In this document: positions 51,101-64,000 of the stretch, piece by piece
Layout: every line of letters starts with the position of its first letter
How positions within the stretch are numbered: position 1 is the stretch's first letter
Assembly: GCF_009914755.1 (NCBI RefSeq)
Contig: NC_060940.1
Reading direction: 5' to 3' (one strand)
DNA length: 64,000 bases
From: the human T2T-CHM13v2.0 reference genome, Homo sapiens
The notes under the pieces: model-generated
What the model was told of the DNA's origin: nothing
The model's database searches: none
What the model saw: only the letters and a program-made list of their open reading frames with translations
Position numbers and translations under genes: made by a program

Positions 51101-54100
51101 TATTTGAAACACTCTTTTTGTGGAATTTGCAAGTGGAGATTTCAAGCGCTTCGATGCAAATGGTAGAAAAGGAAATATCTTCGTATAAAAACAAGACAAA
51201 CTCGTTCCCAGACACTGCGTAGTGATGTGTGTGTTTAACTCACAGAGTTTAACCTTTCTTTTCATACAGCATTCTGGAAACCCTGTGTTTGTAAAGTCTG
51301 CAAGTGGATATTTGGACCTTTTAGATGCCTTCGTTGGAAACGGGATTTCTTCATATAATGCTAGAGGGAAGAATTCTTAGTAACTTCTTTGTGTTGTGTG
51401 TATTCAACTGACAGAGTTGAACCTTCCTTTAGACAGAGCAGATTTGAAAGTCTCTTTTTGTGGAATTTGCAAGTGGAGATTTCAAGCGCTTTGAGGCCAA
51501 AAGCAGAAAAGGAAATATTTTCCTATAAAAACTCGACAGAATCATTCTCAGAAACTGCTCTGTGATGTGTGCGTTCAACTCACAGAGTTTAACTTTTCTT
51601 TTCATTCAGCAGTTTGGAAACACTGTTTGGAAAGTCTGCACGTGGATATTTTGACCTCTTTGAGGCCTTCGTTGGAAACGGGTTTTTTTCATGTAAGGCT
51701 AGACAGAAGAAATCTCAGTAACTTCCTTGTGTTGTGTGTATTCAACTGACAGAGTTGAACCTTCCTTTAGACAGAGCAGATTCGAAACACTCTTTTTCTG
51801 CAATTTGCAAGTGGAGACTTCAAGCGCTTTGAGGCCAAAGGCAGAAAAGGAAATATCTTCGTAGAAAAACCCGACAGAATCATTCTCAGAAACTGCTCTG
51901 TGATGTGTGCGTTCAACTCACAGAGTTTAACTTTTCTTTTCATTCAGCAGTTTGGAGACACTCTGTTTGTAAAGTCTGCAAGTGGATATCTTGGCCTCTT
52001 AGAGGCCTTCGTTGGAAACGGGTTTTTTCATGTAAGGATAGACAGAGGAATTCCCAGTAACTTCCTTGTGTTGTGTGCATTCAACTCACAGAGTTGAATG
52101 ATTCTTTACACAGAGCAGATTTGAGACACTCTTTTGGTGGAATTTGTTAGTGGAGAATTCAGCCGCTTTGAGGTCAACGGTAGAAAAGGAAATATCTTCG
52201 TATAAAAACTAGACAGAATGATTCTCAGAAACTGTTTTGTGATGTGTGCGTTCAACTCACAGAGTTTAACCTTTCTTTTCAAAGAGCAGTTAGGAAACAC
52301 TCTGTTTGTAAAGTCTGCAAGTGGATATTCAGACCTCTTTGAGGCCTTCGTTGGAAACGGGATTTCTTCATATTATGCTAGACAGATGAATTCTCAGTAA
52401 CTTCCTTGTGTTGTGTGTATTCAACTCACAGAGTTGAACGATCCTTTACACAGAGCAGATTTGAAACACTGTTTTTCTGGAATTTGCAAGTGGAGATTTC
52501 AGCCGCTTTGAGGTCAATGGTAGAAAAAGAAATATCTTCGTATAAAAACTAGACAGAATGATTCTCAGAAACTCCTTTGTGATGTGTGCGTTCAACTCAC
52601 AGAGTTTAACCTTTCTTTTCACAGAGCAGTTAGGAAACACTCTGTTTGTGAAGCCTGCCAGTGGATATTCGGACCTCTTTGAGGCCTTCGTTGGAAACGG
52701 GATTTCTTCATATTATGCTAGACAGAAGATTTCTCAGTAACTTCTTTGTGTTGTGTGTATGCACCTCACAGAGTTCAACCTTCCTTTAGACAGAGCAGAT
52801 TTGAAACACTCTTTTTGTGGAATTTGCAAGTGGAGATTTCAAGCGCTTCGATGCCAATGGTAGAAAAGGAAATATCTTCGTATAAAAACAAGACAAACTC
52901 GTTCCCAGACACTGCGTAGTGATGTGTGTGTTTAACTCACAGAGTTTCACCTTTCTTTTCATACAGCATTCTGGAAACCCTCTGTTTGTAAAGTCTGCAA
53001 GTGGATATTTGGACCTCTTAGATGCCTTCGTTGGAAACGGGATTTCTTCATATAATGCTAGAGGGAAGAATTCTTAGTAACTTCTTTGTGTTGTGTGTAT
53101 TCAACTGACAGAGTTGAACCTTCCTTTAGACAGAGCAGATTTGAAAGTCTCTTTTTGTGGAATTTGCAAGTGGAGATTTCAAGCGCTTTGAGGCCAAAAG
53201 CAGAAAAGGAAATATTTTCCTATAAAAACTAGACAGAATCTTTCTCAGAAACTGCTCTGTGATGTGTGTGTTCAACTCACAGAGTTTAACTTTTCTTTTC
53301 ATTCAGCAGTTTGGAAACACTCTGTTTGGAAAGTCTGCACGTGGATATTTTGACCTCTTTGAGGCCTTCGTTGGAAACGGGTTTTTTTCATGTAAGGCTA
53401 GACAGAAGAAATCTCAGTAACTTCCTTGTGTTGTGTGTATTCAACTGACAGAGTTGAACCTTCCTTTAGACAGAGCAGATTCGAAACACTCTTTTTCTGC
53501 AATTTGCAAGTGGAGACTTCAAGCGCTTTGAGGCCAAAGGCAGAAAAGGAAATATCTTCGTAGAAAAACCCGACAGAATCATTCTCAGAAACTGCTCTGT
53601 GATGTGTGCGTTCAACTCACAGAGTTTAACTTTTCTTTTCATTCAGCAGTTTGGAAACACTCTGTTTGTAAAGTCTGCAAGTGGATATCTTGGCCTCTTA
53701 GAGGCCTTCGTTGGAAACGGGTTTTTTCATGTAAGGTTAGACAGAGGAATTCCCAGTAACTTCCTTGTGTTGTGTGCATTCAACTCACAGAGTTGAATGA
53801 TTCTTTACACAGAGCAGATTTGAGACACTCTTTTGGTGGAATTTGTAAGTGGAGAATTCAGCCGCTTTGAGGTCAACGGTAGAAAAGGAAATATCTTCGT
53901 ATAAAAACTAGACAGAATGATTCTCAGAAACTGTTTTGTGATGTGTGCGTTCAACTCACAGAGTTTAACCTTTCTTTTCAAAGAGCAGTTAGGAAACACT
54001 CTGTTTGTAAAGTCTGCAAGTGGATATTCAGACCTCTTTGAGGCCTTCGTTGGAAACGGGATTTCTTCATATTATGCTAGACAGATGAATTCTCAGTAAC

Positions 54101-57100
54101 TTCCTTGTGTTGTGTGTATTCAACTCACAGAGTTGAACGATCCTTTACACAGAGCAGATTTGAAACACTGTTTTTCTGGAATTTGCAAGTGGAGATTTCA
54201 GCCGCTTTGAGGTCAATGGTAGAAAAGGAAATATCTTCGTATAAAAACTAGACAGAATGATTCTCAGAAACTCCTTTGTGATGTGTGCGTTCAACTCACA
54301 GAGTTTAACCTTTCTTTTCACAGAGCAGTTAGGAAACACTCTGTTTGTGAAGCCTGCCAGTGGATATTCGGACCTCTTTGAGGCCTTCGTTGGAAACGGG
54401 ATTTCTTCGTATTATGCTAGACAGAAGATTTCTCAGTAACTTCTTTGTGTTGTGTGTATGCAACTCACAGAGTTCAACCTTCCTTTAGACAGAGCAGATT
54501 TGAAACACTCTTTTTGTGGAATTTGCAAGTGGAGATTTCAAGCGCTTCGATGCCAATGGTAGAAAAGGAAATATCTTCGTATAAAAACAAGACAAACTCG
54601 TTCCCAGACACTGCGTAGTGATGTGTGTGTTTAACTCACAGAGTTTAACCTTTCTTTTCATACAGCATTCTGGAAACCCTGTGTTTGTAAAGTCTGCAAG
54701 TGGATATTTGGACCTCTTAGATGCCTTCGTTGGAAACGGGATTTCCTCATATAATGCTAGAGGGAAGAATTCTTAGTAACTTCTTTGTGTTGTGTGTATT
54801 CAACTGACAGAGTTGAACCTTCCTTTAGACAGAGCAGATTTGAAAGTCTCTTTTTGTGGAATTTGCAAGTGGAGATTTCAAGCGCTTTGAGGCCAAAAGC
54901 AGAAAAGGAAATATTTTCCTATAAAAATTAGACAGAATCTTTCTCAGAAACTGCTCTGGGATGTGTGCGTTCAACTCACAGAGTTTAACTTTTCTTTTCA
55001 TTCAGCAGTTTGGAAACACTCTGTTTGGAAAGTCTGCACGTGGATATTTTGACCTCTTTGAGGCCTTCGTTGGAAACGGGTTTTTTTCATGTAAGGCTAG
55101 ACAGAAGAAATCTCAGTAACTTCCTTGTGTTGTGTGTATTCAACTGACAGAGTTGAACCTTCCTTTAGACAGAGCAGATTCGAAACACTCTTTTTCTGCA
55201 ATTTGCAAGTGGAGACTTCAAGCGCTTTGAGGCCAAAGGCAGAAAAGGAAATATCTTCGTATAAAAACCCGACAGAATCATTCTCAGAAACTGCTCTGTG
55301 ATGTGTGCGTTTAACTCACAGAGTTTAACTTTTCTTTTCATTCAGCAGTTTGGAAACACTCTGTTTGTAAAGTCTGCAAGTGGATATCTTGGCCTCTTAG
55401 AGGCCTTCGTTGGAAACGGGTTTTTTCATGTAAGGATAGACAGAGGAATTCCCAGTAACTTCCTTGTGTTGTGTGCATTCAACTCACAGAGTTGAATGAT
55501 TCTTTACACAGAGCAGATTTGAGACACTCTTTGGGTGGAATTTGTAAGTGGAGAATTCAGCCGCTTTGAGGTCAACGGTAGAAAAGGAAATATCTTCGTA
55601 TAAAATCTAGACAGAATGATTCTCAGAAACTGTTTTTTGATGTGTGCGTTCAACTCACAGAGTTTAACCTTTCTTTTCAAAGAGCAGTTAGGAAACACTC
55701 TGTTTGTAAAGTCTGCAAGTGGATATTCAGACCTCTTTGAGGCCTTCGTTGGAAACGGGATTTCTTCATATTATGCTAGACAGATGAATTCTCAGTAACT
55801 TCCTTGTGTTGTGTGTATTCAACTCACAGAGTTGAACGATCCTTTACACAGAGCAGATTTGAAACACTGTTTTTCTGGAATTTGCAAGTGGAGATTTCAG
55901 CCGCTTTGAGGTCAATGGTAGAAAAGGAAATATCTTCGTATAAAAACTAGACAGAATGATTCTCAGAAACTCCTTTGTGATGTGTGCGTTCAACTCACAG
56001 AGTTTAACCTTTCTTTTCACAGAGCAGTTAGGAAACACTCTGTTTGTGAAGCCTGCCAGTGGATATTCGGACCTCTTTGAGGCCTTCGTTGGAAACGGGA
56101 TTTCTTCATATTATGCTAGACAGAAGATTTCTCAGTAACTTCTTTGTGTTGTGTGTATGCAACTTACAGAGTTCAACCTTCCTTTAGAGAGAGCATATTT
56201 GAAACACTCTTTTTGTGGAATTTGCAAGTGGAGATTTCAAGCGCTTCGATGCAAATGGTAGAAAAGGAAATATCTTCGTAGAAAAACAAGACAAACTCGT
56301 TCCCAGACACTGCGTAGTGATGTGTGTGTTTAACTCACAGAGTTTAACCTCTCTTTTCATACAGCATTCTGGAAACCCTGTGTTTGTAAAGTCTGCAAGT
56401 GGATATTTGGACCTCTTAGATGCCTTCGTTGGAAACGGGATTTCTTCATATAATGCTAGAGGGAAGAATTCTTAGTAACTTCTTTGTGTTGTGTGTATTC
56501 AACTGACAGAGTTGAACCTTCCTTTAGACAGAGCAGATTTGAAAGTCTCTTTTTGTGGAATTTGCAAGTGGAGATTTCAAGCGCTTTGAGGCCAAAAGCA
56601 GAAAAGGAAATATTTTCCTATAAAAACTCGACAGAATCATTCTCAGAAACTGCTCTGTGATGTGTGCGTTCAACTCACAGAGTTTAACTTTTCTTTTCAT
56701 TCAGCAGTTTGGAAACACTGTTTGGAAAGTCTGCACGTGGATATTTTGACCTCTTTGAGGCCTTCGTTGGAAACGGGTTTTTTTCATGTAAGGCTAGACA
56801 GAAGAAATCTCAGTAACTTCCTTGTGTTGTGTGTATTCAACTGACAGAGTTGAACCTTCCTTTAGACAGAGCAGATTCGAAACACTCTTTTTCTGCAATT
56901 TGCAAGTGGAGACTTCAAGCGCTTTGAGGCCAAAGGCAGAAAAGGAAATATCTTCGTATAAAAACCCGACAGAATCATTCTCAGAAACTGCTCTGTGATG
57001 TGTGCGTTCAACTCACAGAGTTTAACTTTTCTTTTCATTCAGCAGTTTGGAAACACTCTGTTTGTAAAGTCTGCAAGTGGATATCTTGGCCTCTTAGAGG

Positions 57101-58650
57101 CCTTCGTTGGAAACGGGTTTTTTCATGTAAGGATAGACAGAGGAATTCCCAGTAACTTCCTTGTGTTGTGTGCATTCAACTCACAGAGTTGAATGATTCT
57201 TTACACAGAGCAGATTTGAGACACTCTTTGGGTGGAATTTGTAAGTGGAGAATTCAGCCGCTTTGAGGTCAACGGTAGAAAAGGAAATATCTTCGTATAA
57301 AAACTAGACAGAATGATTCTCAGAAACTGTTTTTTGATGTGTGCGTTCAACTCACAGAGTTTAACCTTTCTTTTCAGAGAGCAGTTAGGAAACACTCTGT
57401 TTGTAAAGTCTGCAAGTGGATATTCAGACCTCTTTGAGGCCTTCGTTGGAAACGGGATTTCTTCATATTATGCTAGACAGATGAATTCTCAGTAACTTCC
57501 TTGTGTTGTGTGTATTCAACTCACAGAGTTGAACGATCCTTTACACAGAGCAGATTTGAAACACTGTTTTTCTGGAATTTGCAAGTGGAGATTTCAGCCG
57601 CTTTGAGGTCAATGGTAGAAAAGGAAATATCTTCGTATAAAAACTAGACAGAATGATTCTCAGAAACTCCTTTGTGATGTGTGCGTTCAACTCACAGAGT
57701 TTAACCTTTCTTTTCACAGAGCAGTTAGGAAACACTCTGTTTGTGAAGCCTGCCAGTGGATAATCGGACCTCTTTGAGGCCTTCGTTGGAAACGGGATTT
57801 CTTCATATTATGCTAGACAGAAGATTTCTCAGTAACTTCTTTGTGTTGTGTGTATGCAACTTACAGAGTTCAACCTTCCTTTAGAGAGAGCATATTTGAA
57901 ACACTCTTTTTGTGGAATTTGCAAGTGGAGATTTCAAGCGCTTCGATGCAAATGGTAGAAAAGGAAATATCTTCGTATAAAAACAAGACAAACTCGTTCC
58001 CAGACACTGCGTAGTGATGTGTGTGTTTAACTCACAGAGTTTAACCTTTCTTTTCATACAGCATTCTGGAAACCCTGTGTTTGTAAAGTCTGCAAGTGGA
58101 TATTTGGACCTTTTAGATGCCTTCGTTGGAAACGGGATTTCTTCATATAATGCTAGAGGGAAGAATTCTTAGTAACTTCTTTGTGTTGTGTGTATTCAAC
58201 TGACAGAGTTGAACCTTCCTTTAGACAGAGCAGATTTGAAAGTCTCTTTTTGTGGAATTTGCAAGTGGAGATTTCAAGCGCTTTGAGGCCAAAAGCAGAA
58301 AAGGAAATATTTTCCTATAAAAACTCGACAGAATCATTCTCAGAAACTGCTCTGTGATGTGTGCGTTCAACTCACAGAGTTTAACTTTTCTTTTCATTCA
58401 GCAGTTTGGAAACACTGTTTGGAAAGTCTGCACGTGGATATTTTGACCTCTTTGAGGCCTTCGTTGGAAACGGGTTTTTTTCATGTAAGGCTAGACAGAA
58501 GAAATCTCAGTAACTTCCTTGTGTTGTGTGTATTCAACTGACAGAGTTGAACCTTCCTTTAGACAGAGCAGATTCGAAACACTCTTTTTCTGCAATTTGC
58601 AAGTGGAGACTTCAAGCGCTTTGAGGCCAAAGGCAGAAAAGGAAATATCT
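45070..58650 (+). repeat. Tandem duplication of a four-HOR block (period 6792 bp)
   Basis: Unit lengths 1699,1699,1697,1697 occur twice. Markers gttagtgg, gaaaaagaaat, atgcacctc, tttcctcat and ggataatcgg recur 6792 bp apart. Confidence 0.85.
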
Positions 58651-61600
58651 TCGTATAAAAACCCGACAGAATCATTCTCAGAAACTGCTCTGTGATGTGT
58701 GCGTTCAACTCACAGAGTTTAACTTTTCTTTTCATTCAGCAGTTTGGAAACACTCTGTTTGTAAAGTCTGCAAGTGGATATCTTGGCCTCTTAGAGGCCT
58801 TCGTTGGAAACGGGTTTTTTCATGTAAGGATAGACAGAGGAATTCCCAGTAACTTCCTTGTGTTGTGTGCATTCAACTCACAGAGTTGAATGATTCTTTA
58901 CACAGAGCAGATTTGAGACACTCTTTGGGTGGAATTTGTAAGTGGAGAATTCAGCCGCTTTGAGGTCAACGGTAGAAAAGGAAATATCTTCGTATAAAAT
59001 CTAGACAGAATGATTCTCAGAAACTGTTTTTTGATGTGTGCGTTCAACTCACAGAGTTTAACCTTTCTTTTCAAAGAGCAGTTAGGAAACACTCTGTTTG
59101 TAAAGTCTGCAAGTGGATATTCAGACCTCTTTGAGGCCTTCGTTGGAAACGGGATTTCTTCATATTATGCTAGACAGATGAATTCTCAGTAACTTCCTTG
59201 TGTTGTGTGTATTCAACTCACAGAGTTGAACGATCCTTTACACAGAGCAGATTTGAAACACTGTTTTTCTGGAATTTGCAAGTGGAGATTTCAGCCGCTT
59301 TGAGGTCAATGGTAGAAAAGGAAATATCTTCGTATAAAAACTAGACAGAATGATTCTCAGAAACTCCTTTGTGATGTGTGCGTTCAACTCACAGAGTTTA
59401 ACCTTTCTTTTCACAGAGCAGTTAGGAAACACTCTGTTTGTGAAGCCTGCCAGTGGATAATCGGACCTCTTTGAGGCCTTCGTTGGAAACGGGATTTCTT
59501 CATATTATGCTAGACAGAAGATTTCTCAGTAACTTCTTTGTGTTGTGTGTATGCAACTTACAGAGTTCAACCTTCCTTTAGAGAGAGCATATTTGAAACA
59601 CTCTTTTTGTGGAATTTGCAAGTGGAGATTTCAAGCGCTTCGATGCAAATGGTAGAAAAGGAAATATCTTCGTATAAAAACAAGACAAACTCGTTCCCAG
59701 ACACTGCGTAGTGATGTGTGTGTTTAACTCACAGAGTTTAACCTTTCTTTTCATACAGCATTCTGGAAACCCTGTGTTTGTAAAGTCTGCAAGTGGATAT
59801 TTGGACCTTTTAGATGCCTTCGTTGGAAACGGGATTTCTTCATATAATGCTAGAGGGAAGAATTCTTAGTAACTTCTTTGTGTTGTGTGTATTCAACTGA
59901 CAGAGTTGAACCTTCCTTTAGACAGAGCAGATTTGAAAGTCTCTTTTTGTGGAATTTGCAAGTGGAGATTTCAAGCGCTTTGAGGCCAAAAGCAGAAAAG
60001 GAAATATTTTCCTATAAAAACTCGACAGAATCATTCTCAGAAACTGCTCTGTGATGTGTGCGTTCAACTCACAGAGTTTAACTTTTCTTTTCATTCAGCA
60101 GTTTGGAAACACTGTTTGGAAAGTCTGCACGTGGATATTTTGACCTCTTTGAGGCCTTCGTTGGAAACGGGTTTTTTTCATGTAAGGCTAGACAGAAGAA
60201 ATCTCAGTAACTTCCTTGTGTTGTGTGTATTCAACTGACAGAGTTGAACCTTCCTTTAGACAGAGCAGATTCGAAACACTCTTTTTCTGCAATTTGCAAG
60301 TGGAGACTTCAAGCGCTTTGAGGCCAAAGGCAGAAAAGGAAATATCTTCGTATAAAAACCCGACAGAATCATTCTCAGAAACTGCTCTGTGATGTGTGCG
60401 TTCAACTCACAGAGTTTAACTTTTCTTTTCATTCAGCAGTTTGGAAACACTCTGTTTGTAAAGTCTGCAAGTGGATATCTTGGCCTCTTAGAGGCCTTCG
60501 TTGGAAACGGGTTTTTTCATGTAAGGATAGACAGAGGAATTCCCAGTAACTTCCTTGTGTTGTGTGCATTCAACTCACAGAGTTGAATGATTCTTTACAC
60601 AGAGCAGATTTGAGACACTCTTTTGGTGGAATTTGTAAGTGGAGAATTCAGCCGCTTTGAGGTCAACGGTAGAAAAGGAAATATCTTCGTATAAAAACTA
60701 GACAGAATGATTCTCAGAAACTGTTTTGTGATGTGTGCGTTCAACTCACAGAGTTTAACCTTTCTTTTCAGAGAGCAGTTAGGAAACACTCTGTTTGTAA
60801 AGTCTGCAAGTGGATATTCAGACCTCTTTGAGGCCTTCGTTGGAAACGGGATTTCTTCATATTATGCTAGACAGATGAATTCTCAGTAACTTCCTTGTGT
60901 TGTGTGTATTCAACTCACAGAGTTGAACGATCCTTTACACAGAGCAGATTTGAAACACTGTTTTTCTGGAATTTGCAAGTGGAGATTTCAGCCGCTTTGA
61001 GGTCAATGGTAGAAAAGGAAATATCTTCGTATAAAAACTAGACAGAATGATTCTCAGAAACTCCTTTGTGATGTGTGCGTTCAACTCACAGAGTTTAACC
61101 TTTCTTTTCACAGAGCAGTTAGGAAACACTCTGTTTGTGAAGCCTGCCAGTGGATATTCGGACCTCTTTGAGGCCTTCGTTGGAAACGGGATTTCTTCAT
61201 ATTATGATAGACAGAAGATTTCTCAGTAACTTCTTTGTGTTGTGTGTATGCAACTCACAGAGTTCAACCTTCCTTTAGACAGAGCAGATTTGAAACACTC
61301 TTTTTGTGGAATTTGCAAGTGGAGATTTCAAGCGCTTCGATGCCAATGGTAGAAAAGGAAATATCTTCGTATAAAAACAAGACAAACTCGTTCCCAGACA
61401 CTGCGTAGTGATGTGTGTGTTTAACTCACTGAGTTTCACCTTTCTTTTCATACAGCATTCTGGAAACCCTCTGTTTGTAAAGTCTGCAAGTGGATATTTG
61501 GACCTCTTAGATGCCTTCGTTGGAAACGGGATTTCTTCATATAATGCTAGAGGGAAGAATTCTTAGTAACTTCTTTGTGTTGTGTGTATTCAACTGACAG

Positions 61601-64000
61601 AGTTGAACCTTCCTTTAGACAGAGCAGATTTGAAAGTCTCTTTTTGTGGAATTTGCAAGTGGAGATTTCAAGCGCTTTGAGGCCAAAAGCAGAAAAGGAA
61701 ATATTTTCCTATAAAAACTCGACAGAATCTTTCTCAGAAACTGCTCTGGGATGTGTGCGTTCAACTCACAGAGTTTAACTTTTCTTTTCATTCAGCAGTT
61801 TGGAAACACTCTGTTTGGAAAGTCTGCACGTGGATATTTTGACCTCTTTGAGGCCTTCGTTGGAAACGGGTTTTTTTCATGTAAGGCTAGACAGAAGAAA
61901 TCTCAGTAACTTCCTTGTGTTGTGTGTATTCAACTGACAGAGTTGAACCTTCCTTTAGACAGAGCAGATTCGAAACACTCTTTTTCTGCAATTTGCAAGT
62001 GGAGACTTCAAGCGCTTTGAGGCCAAAGGCAGAAAAGGAAATATCTTCGTATAAAAACCCGACAGAATCATTCTCAGAAACTGCTCTGTGATGTGTGCGT
62101 TCAACTCACAGAGTTTAACTTTTCTTTTCATTCAGCAGTTTGGAAACACTCTGTTTGTAAAGTCTGCAAGTGGATATCTTGGCCTCTTAGAGGCCTTCGT
62201 TGGAAACGGGTTTTTTCATGTAAGGATAGACACAGGAATTCCCAGTAACTTCCTTGTGTTGTGTGCATTCAACTCACAGAGTTGAATGATTCTTTACACA
62301 GAGCAGTTTTGAGACACTCTTTTGGTGGAATTTGTAAGTGGAGAATTCAGCCGCTTTGAGGTCAACGGTAGAAAAGGAAATATCTTCGTATAAAAACTAG
62401 ACAGAATGATTCTCAGAAACTGTTTTGTGATGTGTGCGTTCAACTCACAGAGTTTAACCTTTCTTTTCAAAGAGCAGTTAGGAAACACTCTGTTTGTAAA
62501 GTCTGCAAGAGGATATTCAGACCTCTTTGAAGCCTTCGTTGGAAACGGGATTTCTTCATATTATGCTAGACAGATGAATTCTCAGTAACTTCCTTGTGTT
62601 GTGTGTATTCAACTCACAGAGTTGAACGATCCTTTACACAGAGCAGATTTGAAACACTGTTTTTCTGGAATTTGCAAGTGGAGATTTCAGCCGCTTTGAG
62701 GTCAATGGTAGAAAAGGAAATATCTTCGTATAAAAACTAGACAGAATGATTCTCAGAAACTCCTTTGTGATGTGTGCGTTCAACTCACAGAGTTTAACCT
62801 TTCTTTTCACAGAGCAGTTAGGAAACACTCTGTTTGTGAAGCCTGCCAGTGGATATTCGGACCTCTTTGAGGCCTTCGTTGGAAACGGGATTTCTTCATA
62901 TTATGCTAGACAGAAGATTTCTCAGTAACTTCTTTGTGTTGTGTGTATGCAACTCACAGAGTTCAACCTTCCTTTAGAGAGAGCATATTTGAAACACTCT
63001 TTTTGTGGAATTTGCAAGTGGAGATTTCAAGCGCTTCGATGCCAATGGTAGAAAAGGAAATATCTTCGTATAAAAACAAGACAAACTCGTTCCCAGACAC
63101 TGCGTAGTGATGTGTGTGTTTAACTCACAGAGTTTCACCTTTCTTTTCATACAGCATTCTGGAAACCCTCTGTTTGTAAAGTCTGCAAGTGGATATTTGG
63201 ACCTCTTAGATGCCTTCGTTGGAAACGGGATTTCTTCATATAATGCTAGAGGGAAGAATTCTTAGTAACTTCTTTGTGTTGTGTGTATTCAACTGACAGA
63301 GTTGAACCTTCCTTTAGACAGAGCAGATTTGAAAGTCTCTTTTTGTGGAATTTGCAAGTGGAGATTTCAAGCGCTTTGAGGCCAAAAGCAGAAAAGGAAA
63401 TATTTTCCTATAAAAACTCGACAGAATCATTCTCAGAAACTGCTCTGTGATGTGTGCGTTCAACTCACAGAGTTTAACTTTTCTTTTCATTCAGCAGTTT
63501 GGAAACACTGTTTGGAAAGTCTGCACGTGGATATTTGGACCTCTTTGAGGCCTTCGTTGGAAACGGGTTTTTTTCATGTAAGGCTAGACAGAAGAAATCT
63601 CAGTAACTTCCTTGTGTTGTGTGTATTCAACTGACAGAGTTGAACCTTCCTTTAGACAGAGCAGATTCGAAACACTCTTTTTCTGCAATTTGCAAGTGGA
63701 GACTTCAAGCGCTTTGAGGCCAAAGGCAGAAAAGGAAATATCTTCGTATAAAAACCCGACAGAATCATTCTCAGAAACTGCTCTGTGATGTGTGCGTTCA
63801 ACTCACAGAGTTTAACTTTTCTTTTCATTCAGCAGTTTGGAAACACTCTGTTTGTAAAGTCTGCAAGTGGATATCTTGGCCTCTTAGAGGCCTTCGTTGG
63901 AAACGGGTTTTTTCATGTAAGGATAGACAGAGGAATTCCCAGTAACTTCCTTGTGTTGTGTGCATTCAACTCACAGAGTTGAATGATTCTTTACACAGAG

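Larger units (their letters stand above)
1..64000 (+). repeat. Centromeric alpha-satellite HOR array, SF1 dimeric type, 10-mer (~1.7 kb) HOR; probably human chr16 D16Z2 (S1C16H1L)
   Basis: Alphoid motifs (cattctcagaaact, ttcaactcacagagtt, tttgaaacactctttttgtggaatttgcaagtggagattt, gaaaaggaaatatcttc) recur every ~170 bp, and CENP-B boxes recur every ~340 bp. HOR anchors lie at 635, 1992, 3349, 5048, 6405, 8104, 9798, 11498 ... 62088, 63785, with spacings of 1694-1700 or 1357 bp. The alpha-satellite call is secure. The chromosome assignment rests on known HOR sizes and is less certain (~0.75). Confidence 0.99.

Noticed and set aside
635-63982. Numerous 60-86 aa ORFs on both strands (MMCAFN..., MFPNCS..., MILRN..., MEFASG...)
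   Set aside because: They are translations of satellite monomers that recur with HOR period. They appear and vanish with single SNVs or indels, and show no recognisable domain or gene structure.
1-64000. CRISPR-like regularly spaced motif
   Set aside because: The sequence between motifs is itself repeated (no unique spacers), the period is ~170/340 bp, and there are no cas genes.
1-64000. Transposon insertion (L1/Alu), inversion or unique island
   Set aside because: All anchor spacings are accounted for by 10-mers or 8-mers, ORF strand patterns are constant, and I saw no poly-A tail or foreign sequence.
1-64000. A previously undescribed biological system
   Set aside because: Everything seen is explained by known alpha-satellite HOR biology. 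Only the local variant and duplication architecture may be undescribed, and kinetochore position cannot be read from sequence alone.

Overview
The whole 64 kb window is primate, most likely human, centromeric alpha-satellite. It consists of head-to-tail ~170-bp monomers in one orientation, arranged as ~340-bp dimers in which one monomer carries a CENP-B box and the other does not (SF1/J1-J2 type). Five different dimers (labelled A-E here) form a 10-monomer higher-order repeat (HOR) of ~1.7 kb. Using the recurring 'MMCAFN' pseudo-ORF start as an anchor gives 38 complete units: 34 10-mers (15 x 1699, 15 x 1697, 3 x 1694, 1 x 1700 bp) and four 1357-bp 8-mers that lack dimer C. An SF1 10-mer of 1.7 kb best fits the chromosome 16 active array D16Z2 (S1C16H1L); this assignment is an inference and was not searched. 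I saw no genes, transposons, inversions or unique sequence, and all listed ORFs are by-products of the repeat. I found no new biological system. What is worth a second look is the array's internal history: two interleaved HOR haplotype families, multi-HOR tandem duplications (8.49 kb and 6.79 kb), dispersed block copies, chimeric units, a shared 8-mer deletion junction and a propagated CENP-B-box knockout. All comparisons were made by eye and need alignment to confirm.
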